DNA of 64,000 bases from Stegostoma tigrinum. Lineage: Eukaryota. The stretch lies in contig NC_081370.1 in the NCBI RefSeq assembly GCF_030684315.1, forward strand, positions 22,698,267 to 22,762,266. Direction: 5' to 3'. The translations under genes and the position numbers were made by a program. Shown here in pieces: positions 1-12,559 of the stretch (position 1 is the stretch's first letter; every line of letters starts with the position of its first letter). The notes below the pieces were generated by a model, which was not told the origin of the DNA, made no database searches, and saw nothing but the letters and a program-made list of their open reading frames with translations.

Positions 1-107
1 AAACATCAGTTTTTGTGATCCTGAGATGCTGCTTGGCCTGCTGTGTTCATCCAGCTCCACACTTTGTTATCTTGGATTCCCCAGCATCTGCAGTTCCCAT
101 TATCACT
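1..107 (+). mobile_element. 3' end (pLTR terminus plus ~35 nt tail) of Penelope-like element family A, cut by the window start
   Basis: Matches 63172-63277 (aaacgtcagcttttgtgctcctgagatgctgc...cagcatctgcagttcccattatc). Confidence 0.85.
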
Positions 108-177
108 GATGCAACTTGTCCTTGTCTAGTTTGGGAAATCACATACAGGCAGACAATCAGACTGTTAGAAACATGAG

Positions 178-545
178 TGTCTGGCATCCCAAAACCAGCC
201 CAGCTGATCCCCACCTCCCTAATCTGTTCTTCCTCTCACCTATCCCCTCCTCCCGCCTCAAGCCGCACCTCCATCTCCTACCTACCAACCTCATCCCGCC
301 TCCTTGACCTGTCCGACCTCCCCGGGCTGACCTATCCCCTCCCCACCTCCCCACCTATACTCTCCTCTCCACCTATCTTCTCCTCTATCCATCTTTGGTC
401 CTCCTCCCCCTCTCTCCCCATTTATTTTAGAACCCTCTACACATCACCCTCTCTGATGAAGGATCTAGGCCTCAAACGTCAGCTTTTGTGCTCCTGAGAT
501 GTTGCTTGGCCTGCTGAGTTCATCCTGCTTCACACTTTGTTTTCA
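178..545 (+). mobile_element. 5'-truncated PLE family A copy (pLTR only), 12 bp TSD
   Basis: Homologous to 30880-31237. Flanked by tagaaacatgag at 166-177 and 546-557. Degenerate HHR core at 453-480. Confidence 0.85.
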
Positions 546-699
546 TAGAAACATGAGCTTTTATTTATAGCCAGCAAAAGCATATAGAAATGAATTGGGG
601 AGGCTGCCGTTTGCTCCAAAATACAAATCAAACACTGGTATGGTGACCAATTACTATTCTTCATTCCACCATGGGCTGCTGAACCCAAATGCCATCTAA

Positions 700-1050
700 T
701 GGAACCAGTTGTCAATCAGGTCCTGTCTGGCTAGCAGAGCCTGGCACAGCCGAATTCTGCCATATGCAGGGATAGCTTTCTCCTCCCAATGCCTATATCC
801 TTGTTGCCAGAAGGGTGCACCCAGTTCCTCTGCATCCAGCACATTGTCTCTTTGGCTGCACCAATTGTGTAGAGCACAGCATGCCAGTATAATGTGACAC
901 ACTCTCTCCAGAGAATATTAGAGTTCTTCCACACCCCCTCACTGTCCCCACCCCCCCACCCCCAGGCCAGTCCACACAACATCTTCAGTGTTCTATTGCC
1001 TGCTCCATTGTGGCTCTGGTCACAGAATGTGCAACAATTTAGTGAAGGCG
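700..1050 (-). mobile_element. Decayed PIF/Harbinger (HARBI1-like) transposase, C-terminal fragment
   Basis: Frameshifted translation TRATMEQAI..LKM...LQYSLERVCHIILACCALHNW resembles the Harbinger DDE C-terminal motif. Confidence 0.65.
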
Positions 1051-1239
1051 CTGGCTGAGTGAGCAGCACACTATGTCAAAAGGGAACGGCTTCTGCACTC
1101 TGGTCCCTTTGACATCCCAGACCCACAGTATCTTTTCAACTTATCATTGAATTCATTGCAGTCCAGCATAATACTTGCAGGATATATAAGATATTGTGTG
1201 GGTTATAATCTGAATAGAGAAGATATTTGAAAGGCTTGC

Positions 1240-1720
1240 TGCATGGAAAATGGACAAGTAGCCGTGAAATGCACCTAGCTTATTCAGGGAAAGAAAGATA
1301 TAAATAGTGGAGGTACTGGCCACAATCTTTCAATCCTTCTCTGATGTAAAGGTAGTGCCAGAAAGCTAAAGAGTTACAAAGGAGGCCTAGTTCAAGTCCT
1401 ACCTACTCCAACAGTGTATAATGACATCTCTGAACAGGTTGATCTGAAAATATCAAAAATAAATACTTTCTTCTTCAAAGAAAAATTCAGGATAAGCCCA
1501 GTTTCCATTACCCAGCCAAACAGACATATCCGAGCCTTATGAGAGTCGCCCTCGTCCAAGAAAAGGGGGCCAATGGTTAGTTAGAAATTGTGACCGCTCC
1601 AAGGCTATGGGTCCAGTGCTGGTAAATAGACTTGGAGTAGATGGATCCTTAATGATAGGCATAGACATGATGGACCCAATGGCCTCTTTCCGTCCTGTAA
1701 AAACTGACTCATTCTATGAC
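1240..1720 (+). mobile_element. Decayed CR1-like LINE fragments (RT N-terminal piece and 3' end)
   Basis: Remnants of LAIIFQSSL.G.VPEDW / PLFKKG..DKP.NY motifs, interrupted at ~1381-1458. The 3' tail ends ...attctatgact. Confidence 0.45.
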
Positions 1721-3186
1721 TCAGTCAATGACATCGTCTAAACTCAGTTTAAATGCTTGGCCACAGTCAGTTGCTGCTTAGTGCAATGATGGTTTGGTAA
1801 TCTACATCCTTCCTGGCCAGGGATTGGGCCAGTCAGTCCTGCAGGCTAAGTCCAACCAGCCTGAGGAGCACAGATAACCCAGTTGGGGAGCTGTAGAGAC
1901 AGAAGTCAGGGACTGGGCTCTACTCAGTTGGGGCTGCCTTACAAGTCAGAAGAAAAGACCACAAGTAGTCCTGGTGGTTTGAGGTTATTAGGGCAAAGTC
2001 CATGCAGTGCTTTAGACAGTGGCAATCTCAAACACGGGAATTTAAAGCATTTTGCTGGAACATGGGGAGACAATGACAGTGAAGGGGCCCATTTCAAATA
2101 TAAAGTATCTGATATTTCATTGAAGGGTATAGGGTACTATGAGAGTGGAGTTTCTTACAAACACTTTGCCCCTGTCTTCATTAGGGTAGATAGTAAAAAG
2201 CAATATTGGGCATGACACTGCATAGACTAGGGCTATGGAGGGAAGATATGGAATACTGTCCATCAAATAAGAATGAGGCGGGAAGGCTTAGTACGGATGG
2301 GCTTCAAAGGGACAACTATACAAGATGTGTGTGTGTTAGTCTTGATGTTCAGGCAGAGCCTAGAATTCATTCTCATGAACATGACATGGATCCCCTTCCA
2401 TCTTCAACTGAATCTCAACTGTGCATTAAGTATAAATATTTGCCACCAACTCATTCACAGTGTAGAATAAGTTTCATTATCCGCACAGGCAGGATGGACT
2501 TCTTTGTATTATGAGGTAGAGTTTGGTTGTTAATAGAGTATAGGACATCCCCAAATTTAAATGTGTGTTGTAAGACACATAAGTGGAATAAATTTTTGCT
2601 GCCAGTGAAATGTGTATTCATGAATGTTCACAAAACCAAAAGTGAGCTTTAAGTGTGGCATTTGAGTTGTAAAGACTAATTGTAAGGTGTTCATTTTAAC
2701 TTTACCTTCAGACAACTTCTCATTAAAGTGCCAAGTCTTTTTACACTCATAAACTTAAGAGGTGAAGGAGATATGAAATTTATTACCATGCAGAATACTT
2801 CTCAGAGACAGGCAATGCTTCAACATTAACGTTTATCTTAAGAAGATGCTGCTTAATTCTGCCATCATAGCCATGGAATGCAATACTATGTTAAAATGAC
2901 AGTCGTTCAGATATGTGATCACCTAAAATATGTATATATTTGTAGATATGCAAAAGTACTTACAATGAAATATTACCCATGCTGTTGTATGTACACAAAA
3001 GAACATTTTGTCCTCCCACTAAGTCTAGGCACAGTCCCTTGATTCACAGCTTTGGCGGAAGGAGCCTTTTCTGTAGCAGAGGCTGTTGGCCCGAAGATTT
3101 GGGCAGATGACACTTCAGAGGAGGGGAGCAGAGCGGTACTTGTAACTAGAGGACCTAGACATGCATTTTGGGAGGTCTAAAAAGGG

Positions 3187-3840
3187 AAGGATAAGTACAA
3201 TGAATGGAAGGGCCCTAGGGAGTTCTGATTAAAAAAGGAACCTTGGTGTACAAGTCCATAGATCCCTGAAGGTGTCAGCATTGGTGGATTGGGAGGTGAA
3301 GAAGGCGTATGGGATGCTTGCTATATTAGTCAGGGCGTAGCATATAGGAGCAAGGAAGTCTTGTTCCAACTTTATAAAGTTAAGCAACAAGTGAAAAACT
3401 GATATGGTGGCCACACTATCAGAAGGATGTGAATGCATGGACACAATGCATTCACGAGGATACTATCTGGATGATAAGTCTTAGTTGTGAAGGGAGACTG
3501 AATAGACTGGGATTGCTTTCCTTGGAGCAGAGGAGTCTGAGCAGGCATCTGATTGAGGCCTACAACATTATAAAAGACATAGACAGGGTAGATAGTATGA
3601 ATCCTTTCCATGTGGCAGATGGAACATGTCTAAGACGAGAGGGTACGAGTTTAAGTGAGGAGTAAGTGGTTTAGAGGAGATCTGAGGAAATTTTTTTTCA
3701 CCCAGGGGAACCCACTGCCCGAGCAAGTAGCAGAGGCAGGTACTCTTGCAATATTTAAGGAGCATCTGGATGAACAGTTAAAATTCTACAGCATAGTAGG
3801 CTACAGAACAGATTCAGATAAATGGGGCTAGTGTAGTTTG
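3187..3840 (+). mobile_element. Decayed CR1-like LINE 3' portion
   Basis: Translation remnants EGRLNRLGLLSLEQRSLSRHLIEAYNIIKDIDRVD are typical of the CR1 ORF2 C-terminus. Confidence 0.8.
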
Positions 3841-3847
3841 ATGTTTT

Positions 3848-4565
3848 AGAGATAGTAGGAACTGTAGATGCTGGAGAATCTGAGATAACAAGGTGTAGAG
3901 CTGGATGAACACAGCAGGGCAAGCAGCATCATAGGAGCAGGAAGGCTTTTGATAGTTTGGGAGGTGATGGTTTGGTGGTCAGGGATGGGGTCATGATCAA
4001 GAGGGCGGTAGGACGAGGTATCGGAGAGTCGGCATCTGGCCTCAATGATATAGAGGTCAGTGAGCCATACTACAACCGCACCTCCCTTGTCCATGGTTTT
4101 CTTGGTGAGATTGGGATTGGAGCAGAGGGAGCGGAGGGCTGCATGTTCTGCAGGGGAGGGTTGGAGTGGGTGAGAGGGGTGGAGAGGTTAAGGCGATTGA
4201 TGTCCTGACGGCAGTTGGAGATGAAGAGGTCGAGGGAGGGTAGGAGGCCTTGGGCTGAAGTCCAGGAGGAGGGAGTGCATTGGAGGTGGGAGAAGGGGGT
4301 CAGTAGAGGGAGGGTTAGGCTCACAGTTGAAGAAGTAAGCGCGGAGGCGGAGGCAGTGGAAAAACTGTACAACATCCAAGAGTAACCGGTATTTGTTGAT
4401 GTTTGGTTGGAGGGGACAAAGGTGAGCCCTTTACTGAGGACTGACCATTCATCCTCAGTAAAGGGGAGGTCTGGGGGAATGGTGAAGACCCGGCAGGGAT
4501 GTGTGCTGCTGTCTCCTTTGGAGCTGCTGGCTGTGGAGGCAGTGGGCGGAGCGAGTTTGGTTCGA
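3848..4565 (-). mobile_element. Internally deleted PLE family A-related copy: N-terminal ORF region joined directly to the 3' terminus
   Basis: 4565-3948 encodes PCRVFTIPPDLPFTEDEWSVLSKGLTFVP / FFHCLRLRAYFF / DKGGAVVVW (PLE N-terminal region; 3948-4245 is homologous to 36165-36460). 3947-3848 is the pLTR terminus with tail. Confidence 0.85.
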
Positions 4566-5589
4566 CATGGTGCACCAAAAGGACTGTTTCTGTGTTGTAT
4601 AATTCTATAACTCTGACATGCTGTGCATATCCTGCCCAGATACAGGCCCACCCTCCTCATTTGCAATTTCCACAGCATTGCAAATCACGGGCAGTATAAA
4701 GGTAGAGGGGGTGTGGCACCTCTGGAATGTCCTGAGAGGTAACTCCTTAGAGGAGAGGGTGTGCTGTATGTGGGACCTCCTCTGTCCATGTGCCTACAGG
4801 CACCATTCTGCATCCTCGAGAGGACAGGCCATTTGAATCCGTTTGAGGCCCCTTTTCTGCCTCTCACTTGTTGCTAATGTTGAACCACAATGGCTAAGGT
4901 GATGGAGCGCAGGTCAGCATACATTCTCAGCAGCTGCTGAGTGTTCAATTAGACCTAACTTTACATGGTATCTGTCAACCTGACCATGAAGACAGTCATG
5001 CATAAGCATTCCAGAGCCAGCAATGTACTGATAACACCAGACTTATCCAACCTTTGAGACAGGTCCTCACAGGTCTCCTACAAAGCTGCCTGCTGCTCCT
5101 GTGACTGTGCGCTTCTTCAAAATTATTAATGGTTGACAACATGGAGCAATCTTTTGTCAGGGCTCGAACAAGTACCTCGTCTCTGGCAGTACTCTGCATG
5201 CCATCAGCCAGGGGTATGTTTTCCTCAACTAGCTACAAAGACGTGCCTGAGATGTGGAGAGTGTCCCTGAATCCAATCTAGAAAGACATCCTAGCAAGGT
5301 GCCAACATCTGAGCTGATGAAGGGTACAGGAGAAAACCTTGCTGGTAAATCCTCCGAAGGATATGTAGTTTCTACTTAAGAGTAGTTGATTGGCTAAGGG
5401 GCTGGTCCTTTGGGCAGTGATTGAGTAGGTACCGTTGGTGCCTGTATGAGAGAAGAGAGACTAAGGTTAGTGTGCAGAAGTGGAGAAGCTTGAACATTTT
5501 AAGATGACAGTAATGGTATGGTAGAGCCCTGCAGCACACTGCAATGCATTTTACTTGGCTGTCTTGACATGATGGTTGTGGCATTTGTA

Positions 5590-5720
5590 TATAAGCAGTC
5601 TTTGTCTCTTTCCAGCAGTTCAAGGATCTTTTACTCATGTAATGTGAACATGAGTGTCAGCCACCTCAACTTCTGGTTCTTGTCCTCTCTGTCCCAACAT
5701 GTGACGTTTTCTCCTGCAAT
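5590..5720 (-). mobile_element. Probable decayed Harbinger Myb/SANT (NAIF1/MSANTD-like) ORF exon
   Basis: After an acceptor-like ttgcag, the translation EKTSHVGTERTRT..GG...FTLHE*KILELL resembles the EK.AHN.RER..TGGG...LT..EER.LEL motif. Confidence 0.4.
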
Positions 5721-6260
5721 ATGACAAGAAGAAGAGTGAATTAAGGTGAAAGTGGCTGGAAGGCTTATTTAATGGTAGAGCAGGTAAGGCGATAATATAT
5801 TTACCCAGTGAGGGAGTAAGAAGTGTAGACAGCAAGAAAGTTTGGTCATTTGGGAAGTTGAGGTGGGTGAGAACCATTTGAGTGATGATGCAGCCTGCAA
5901 CAGTGAGAGTGATAAGCCATTGACCAGTGGATGGCAGTAGCCCCCAGCATTGGCAAGTACCTCCAACTTCGCTGTCACATGATCAAACAACAGGGGCACC
6001 CGGGAACCTGGGTGCATACTTATTGAGGTGAACAGCAGAAGACTGTTTGAGAAAAATGTCCCAGGGGTATGGTGAGAGCCCATCCATGAAACTTCTTGAA
6101 AATGACACCCAGCCAAAAAGCGGGAAAACTTAGACCATATATATCATTACTTGAGAAATGCAGATGAAGGAAAAGGACCTTAGTGGAGGATACTTCCAAA
6201 GTTTGTTTTTAACAAAAGGAAAACAAGTGAGTTAAATCAAGTAGACTAGATATCACCAAG

Positions 6261-6471
6261 TAAAAACCGAAAGAACTGTGGATGCTGTAAATCAGGAACA
6301 AAAGCAAAGTTGCTGGAAAAACTCAACAGGTCTGCCAGCATCTGTGAAGGAGAAAACAGAGCTAATGTTGCAGGTTATTCTGAAGAAAGAGCCTGAAACG
6401 TTAACTCTGTTTTCTCCTTCACAGATGCTGCCAGACCTGCTGAGCTTTACCAGCAACTTTGTTTTTGTTCA
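6261..6471. mobile_element. 211 bp palindromic mini-element made of two inverted PLE family B termini, 14 bp TSD
   Basis: Arms ~6296-6372 and ~6394-6470 are reverse complements. tagatatcaccaag at 6247-6260 and 6472-6485. Central ctgaaga...gaaacgtt HHR remnant. Confidence 0.85.
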
Positions 6472-9400
6472 TAGATATCACCAAGATTTTATGTTAAAGT
6501 CTTTGAATTGTTAAAGAAAGAGAGTAAGAATTTCCACTCTCTGGGGACCTGCGAAAGTACATATTAGAGTGGAGGAACATACAGTATACTAACGTCTGCA
6601 GTCATAAGCTGAATGGGGAGAATGCTGCATCTTTATTTTTCATAAAAAGAAAATTCAGAGAACCACTGACCATTATCCTATTAAATATTGAGAAATGACT
6701 TGAGGAGTTGGGCTGTATATGAAAATGAAGAGTACATCCCTCTAGACTACAAATTTTTAATTTTGCCCAGCGCTGTGAAAAATATATTACAGGATATGGG
6801 AATGATATATTAAGCTGGGATTTAGAAAGTGTTAAGGATAGCTGAGGGTAAAAGATTTGTTTGAACTGAAAGAGGAAACCTAATTTCTGGCAAGCAGCTT
6901 TAGCAAAGTACTTGCATGTTTTCAGAGACCTTGCTAAATGATTAATCGAAACAGCAACATAAAATAGTGTTTAACGCGGATGCTACCTCTCTGGAGCCTG
7001 TTTCAGTTTTAGCATCTGATCTCTGTTCTAATGACATAAACCAGATATGCATTTGTACTTCTGTAAAGTAGCATAACACCTGGCATGGCTCCGGAAAGGC
7101 AGGATTATAAATATTCTCTGTAGCTTTTAAATATAGAGCTTTAACATCTGTGTGGGTCAAACCCTTTCTTTCCAATCCTGCTACCTCAATATAAACATTT
7201 GCCGTTATGACTTGAAAACAAGGCTTTAAAGTGAATGTTGATAATGTATTTAAATAAATTTTCAATTACTTTTGTGCTGTACAGACGCAACAAGGGACTG
7301 CTTGGCATTGCTATGTAGCAGACTGAGAATATTGTGAGGAATTTGAGATCTCCGCTGTACAGCCAATCTTGGTCTCTGAAGAATTTTTAACAATTCTGTA
7401 GCCAATTTATGCCCTTTTCCCTTCACCCCTGTTCCCCAAACTTTCTGGAAAGTGTATGGTTCCTTTAAAGTCTGGTCCCAGATGGTAGACAAGTCCTCCC
7501 ATGATATGCATATGGTCACACTTTGCTGCAAAGACAGCAGTAAAAGGCTCAAATAGCCAATGATGTTTTTCCCTCCTTAGCTTCAATGCATCTCAGACAT
7601 AGTCTGTCAGAAACCAGGTAGCTGACCAATCAATTGAATCTGCATCTTTGAGACTGCACAGGTCAGTTTCATTTTGGGTTGTGCGTTGTATCAGCTGAAT
7701 CAGAGGGATGTCATTTAGACACCACTTACAGCCTGAAAAGCGAAATGCTGTAGGTGGCTGAAATCATCTGAAATAGAAAGAGAAAGTGTGAGAAACACCC
7801 AGCATGTCAGAGAGAGAAACGCAGGACAATTTTTTAATATTAAAAGCTTTTTTTGTTACCTTTGAAGGAAAACTGGTAATGCAAGGGCATTATTGTACAC
7901 CACATGAGATATAGCAACATGACTGAAGTCTCCCTTTTTGATGGTGGTGATGCCCACCTAGAATAGAAAAACAGAACAAGCTGAGTCAACACTGCTGACA
8001 GTCAAGGCAAAGAACACCAATAAATATGGTTGCCATCAGTATTAGCTTCTCCCATTTCCGTTTGTGAAGGCGATTCACTGCCAGACTCCTTCTGTGAAGT
8101 TTCTCTAACCTTTAAGGAAATTACCGTGTGTTGGATCAAAACACTTAGTAAAACAAATATTTTTGAAAGCCACAGTTGCTTTTAGTAAATCTAAATCAGA
8201 GGTTCAAACCCTGCACTTATCATAGGAAGAACGGCACTGTAAACTGTGAAAAAGCAACATCCAAGTGTTCTTCTTTGCACTGAAATTTAGTTGTATTCAG
8301 ACCTAATATATTTTGTTTATAATAAAATGCTCTGATGGCTAATATGGTGGGAGCAGAAGTCATGATTGTCTGGATTTTGGAGAATAAAGAATTTTGTTTT
8401 GAAGCCTCCTGAAAACTGGGCAACTTCCAAAGTTCAGAAGCTGTGGATATAGGGCCTTGTTGGCTGAGAACTCTGGACAGAACTTATCGAGTTAATTCCG
8501 GTAAATGCAATTCCTTATTGTCTGAAATATTTAAGTTAGTCCATATTTTTCAGTACCAATACAGCTAGTATTTGTATGTCATTTGTAATCTGACCTTAAC
8601 TTTATTGATGAGTGTATTTATTCCACCATGTAACCATTCAGCACCAACGATGCCATCCAGCTAAGGAATTACAAGGACAGCTTTTGGACTTAGATGAAAT
8701 CTTCAACAGAGTTTATTCCAAGAGATTGGAAAATTCCATTGTTCTATATGTTCCTTAAAAGCCACTTTTGAATGTTCAACATCGGAAATGACTGGCCAAT
8801 CGTTTTCTCAGATGTTGCAAGAACACATGCCAGTGCACTAAGCCACCGAGCATTTTCAGTGCTTAAAGAGATTCCTCTCTTAAACAGAGATGTTTTGCCT
8901 TTCGTCCCCTTGTATGTTGTTCTTCTCCTTAAATGGAGTTGGTAAGGTTAAGATGGAAGATGATGATCAACAGGAAAGGTATTTTATTTGGTTTGATCCT
9001 TTTGTTAATCTTTATCAGTGAGGGGAGGACCAGACACTAATGTCATGCCCCCTTCTCAGCCTTGTCACCTGCTTAATCACTTTCCACTCAGTTTCAAGTA
9101 CTGCTGCCTTGTGCATTAAATGGTAAAGGTTAAAGTACTTACAAGTGAACAGGATCATTCTACAAAGGAGATGCCTTTACTAAAATGGTAAAAAGAGACA
9201 AACCATCCAAAAATTGTAGCAAAGGGCCTTCTTCTCATAACTCTTATTGAAATACATAATGGACTCTGCAATGTATTAGCTGAGGAAGCATTGTTTAATG
9301 ATTTAATGGGAATCTTTACAGGCAAACCTCTGCATTGTTTTAAACACTAGATGGTCCTCTTTAATTTTCCATAACTTTTTTCTTAATGTTCCAAAAGGTG

Positions 9401-9605
9401 ACAGTTGATATCAGTAAGGAGGAGTTACAAAGCCTGGGGCAATGAGGAGTCAGCAGAGATATAATGAATAATAACGTCTACTGTTTGACAATCTGACTGA
9501 GTGGTGGAACTAGATTAACATCAGTAGAGAGAATTTGGGGAAAAGTTTACTGAGCAGAAAGGCAGGGAACAAAGGAAGATTTAGAAAAAGCAGTTTATGT
9601 TCCAA

Positions 9606-9744
9606 TAAAAACACAAACAACTGTGGATGCTGTAAATCAGTCACAAAAACAGAAATTGCTGGAAAAGCTCACTAGGTCTGTCAGCATCAGTGAAGAAAAC
9701 AATCAGAGTTAATGTTTCAGGTCCGGTGACCCTTTCTCAGAACT
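9606..9744 (-). mobile_element. Short PLE family B terminus with HHR-like core and tail
   Basis: Homologous to 6261-6375 and 44231-44335. The minus strand begins agttctgagaaagggtcaccggacctgaaacattaact. Confidence 0.8.
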
Positions 9745-10369
9745 TCCTCAGTTTACGACCCAAATTCATTTCTTCAGATTACTTTGACAATTTAGGCAGG
9801 TTGCATAGTAAAAAGATGGGGAGACATTTTGTACAGTTTCTTAATATACTCTGCCACTTCTGGTATATCCATCCTGAATGGTGCTAGAAATGTTGTTAAT
9901 GCTTAACTGTTGTACATTTTACAACATTTTCTGTCATGCACAGATTTAACAATGTTGATCGCTTGGAATGTTGGTACATTCTTGTCCTCAGGGTTTCTCT
10001 TGGCCATAAGTTAAAGGACCACCCACACTTAACGCAAACACGAAAATTCCAAAGTCCACCAGGCAAGGCACGGAATTGAAAGCGAAATTTAAAGAAAACA
10101 ATTTCATTACTTCTGTTGGCAAGTTGTCATTATACAGTTACTGCTGCAACTTACACTTCCCCCACTGCACAGGAGGCATACTATCTGGTGAGAGTGCAAT
10201 ACCGTCAAAATCTGCCCATATAATTTAGATTACAATAACCTCAGGTTCAGGGTCATATCTTGTCGATGAGCTACTGCCATTACAGCAAAGAGGAAATTCA
10301 TCCGTACACTAGATAGCCAGGAGGAGTTATTAGTTTGAACATAGGAGATGTGAGCTGTCCCAGTTGATT

Positions 10370-10570
10370 TTATTTATTGTTGTCACATGTACTGAGGTAC
10401 AATGAAAAGTATTTTCTTTTGCTCTACAGGCAGTTTATAACATACAGAGTATAGAATACAGTGTCACAGCTGCAGAGAAGATGCAGGGAGAGAAAGATCA
10501 CATTTGAGAGGTCTGGTCCAAAGTCTGATAACAGAAGGGAAGAAGCAGCCTTGATTCTGTTCGTACTCAT
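10370..10570 (-). mobile_element. Possible LINE 3' end fragment
   Basis: Reverse-oriented tail (tttatttattgttgtcacatgtac...) resembles fish LINE 3' UTRs. Family not assigned. Confidence 0.35.
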
Positions 10571-10954
10571 ATCCTGCCATATATTCAGGGCCCTGAATTT
10601 TTAAATTGTTAAATAGGGGAAGAAAGAAATTATACTTGAGAAAATGATAGGTTCCCTAAGATAATTACACTTCAATTGGTTCATACTTACATTAAAAGGT
10701 TAGAATTTGAAAGCAAAAACAATAGGTGGCGTAGTTTAGAAATGCAGCCAGCATGTCTAGTAAGATTGCAGTTGATCCCGTTACAGATGCTATTTATTCA
10801 TGTGCCTTTTCCTAGTCAAAGAAAGCAACTGGTGCACAAAGGAAATTCCTAGTGTCCAAATTATTATCGGATATAAGGACATATTTTGGAAGGTGAAGTT
10901 AATTTGTTGAAATACTGTTAGGGAATATAGTTCCAATGATGATGACTAGTTTGA

Positions 10955-11635
10955 TGGGAACTTGCAGGTGGTGGAATCGCCAAGTATCTGCTTTCCTTGT
11001 CCATCTAGGTGGTAGAGGTTTAGGGTTTGGAAGGTGCTATCAGAGGAGCCTCGGTGACTTGTTTCTGTGTCCCTGTAGATGGTACACATCTCTGCCACTG
11101 CATCAATGGTGATGATGCCATTGTTTAATGTGGTGTGACACCAATCAAGAGGGCTATTTTGTCCCAGATGGTGTTGAGCTTCTTGAGTATTACTGGAAGG
11201 CACTCATCCAAGTAAGTGTTCCATCATACTCCTTGTGCCTTGTGAATGATGAACAGGCTTTGAAGTCAAGAGGTGAGTGACTTTCCACAAGATTCCTAAC
11301 ATCTTGCGTGCTCTATTAACTATGGCATGGCTAGTCCAGTTCAGTTTCTGGTTAATGATAACACCCCAGAAGGTTGATAATAGGGAGTTTGATGATGGAA
11401 TACAAAGGAGACAAGATTAGATTCTCTATTTTTGGACTTGACCTTTGTGTGGATCAAAACATTACGTACCACATGTCAGCCCAAGCCTGAATGTTGTCTG
11501 GCCTTGCTGCATATGGCTTCAAACTGCTTCAGTATTTAATAAGTTACCAACATGCTGAAAGTTGTACAATCATCACTAAATTTTTCCACTCCTGATAGAG
11601 GGAAGGTCAGTGATGAAGCTGCTGAAGATGATCAC
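10955..11635 (-). mobile_element. Decayed LINE (CR1/L2 group) RT C-terminal fragment
   Basis: Remnants such as TLKKLNTIWDKIALLIG and AVAEMCTIYR. Homologous to 52590-52960. Confidence 0.7.
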
Positions 11636-12559
11636 ACATAGGAAACATGACAAGCAAGTGAAAGCATAATGCTCTTTGTAAGCTAATGGCTCAATGTGAA
11701 CCCAGACACTGATGTCTCTGTGAATGTAATACTTCTCAATCCACAAATGATCAGAAAGTTCCAGAAAATATATGAAAAGCTCATGAAGGCTAGATCAGGG
11801 TAAAAATGTCTTTGGAATTACAGGGTTCAACTAATGATAGGTAACAGCAGCCCCAAGAGTCTATTGACCAGTTTGTCACATGATATAGCAGCATAGGGCA
11901 TGACTTTGACTTTTCCAAATAGGAACTGTTACTGAGGTTCATTGAGTTAGTTATTGCCTCTACACTAATCAAGCCTTTAGGAAGAAAATTTTGGGCAATC
12001 AAAGGGCCGTACCATTAATACATTACTTGTAGGTGCATGGGAGTGTGAAGTCTCATATTAGCAGACCAATAAAATTTGCAGTTTTTGGTGCAGCCAACAT
12101 TATTGCTATGGTCAGGAAAGTACATGACTCAACAAAATTCGTAATTGATATGGTTTGTCACACTTACTGAAAAGCTAACCAGCTTTTCTTTATATCAGCA
12201 AAGCATGCGGTAGTAAGCAGTGTCGGGCATACATATAAGGAAACCTGGGTACTTAAAACTTAACCAGAGCCTAGAACAAAGCGTATGTAACCAAGATGCA
12301 TAAACATAAATATGTCAATGAGACTCAGATCAACAAATTTCAGAATATGGTCAAGCTTTTCATATTCCATTACTACATTTTCATGGAACACCAATAGAGA
12401 TAAGTTTACCATCGCTGTCACAATATATGATCATAAGTATGAACAATCTTGTACAGCAAACAAGTATCTAACTATTCTGAGGCAATAGATATTCTTCTTC
12501 AAAGACCAAGTAGAATGAAAGAGATACATCATCAACAAGGGAGTAAAGACTGTGCACAT

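Noticed and set aside
1750-2650. ORFs of 102-110 aa in an unassigned region
   Set aside because: No recognisable domain or splice structure. Probably an old unclassified repeat.
9592-9763. Possible TSD cagtttatgttccaa / cagtttacgacccaa around the 9.6 kb element
   Set aside because: Three mismatches in 15 bp and an offset from the element end. Plausible but not counted.
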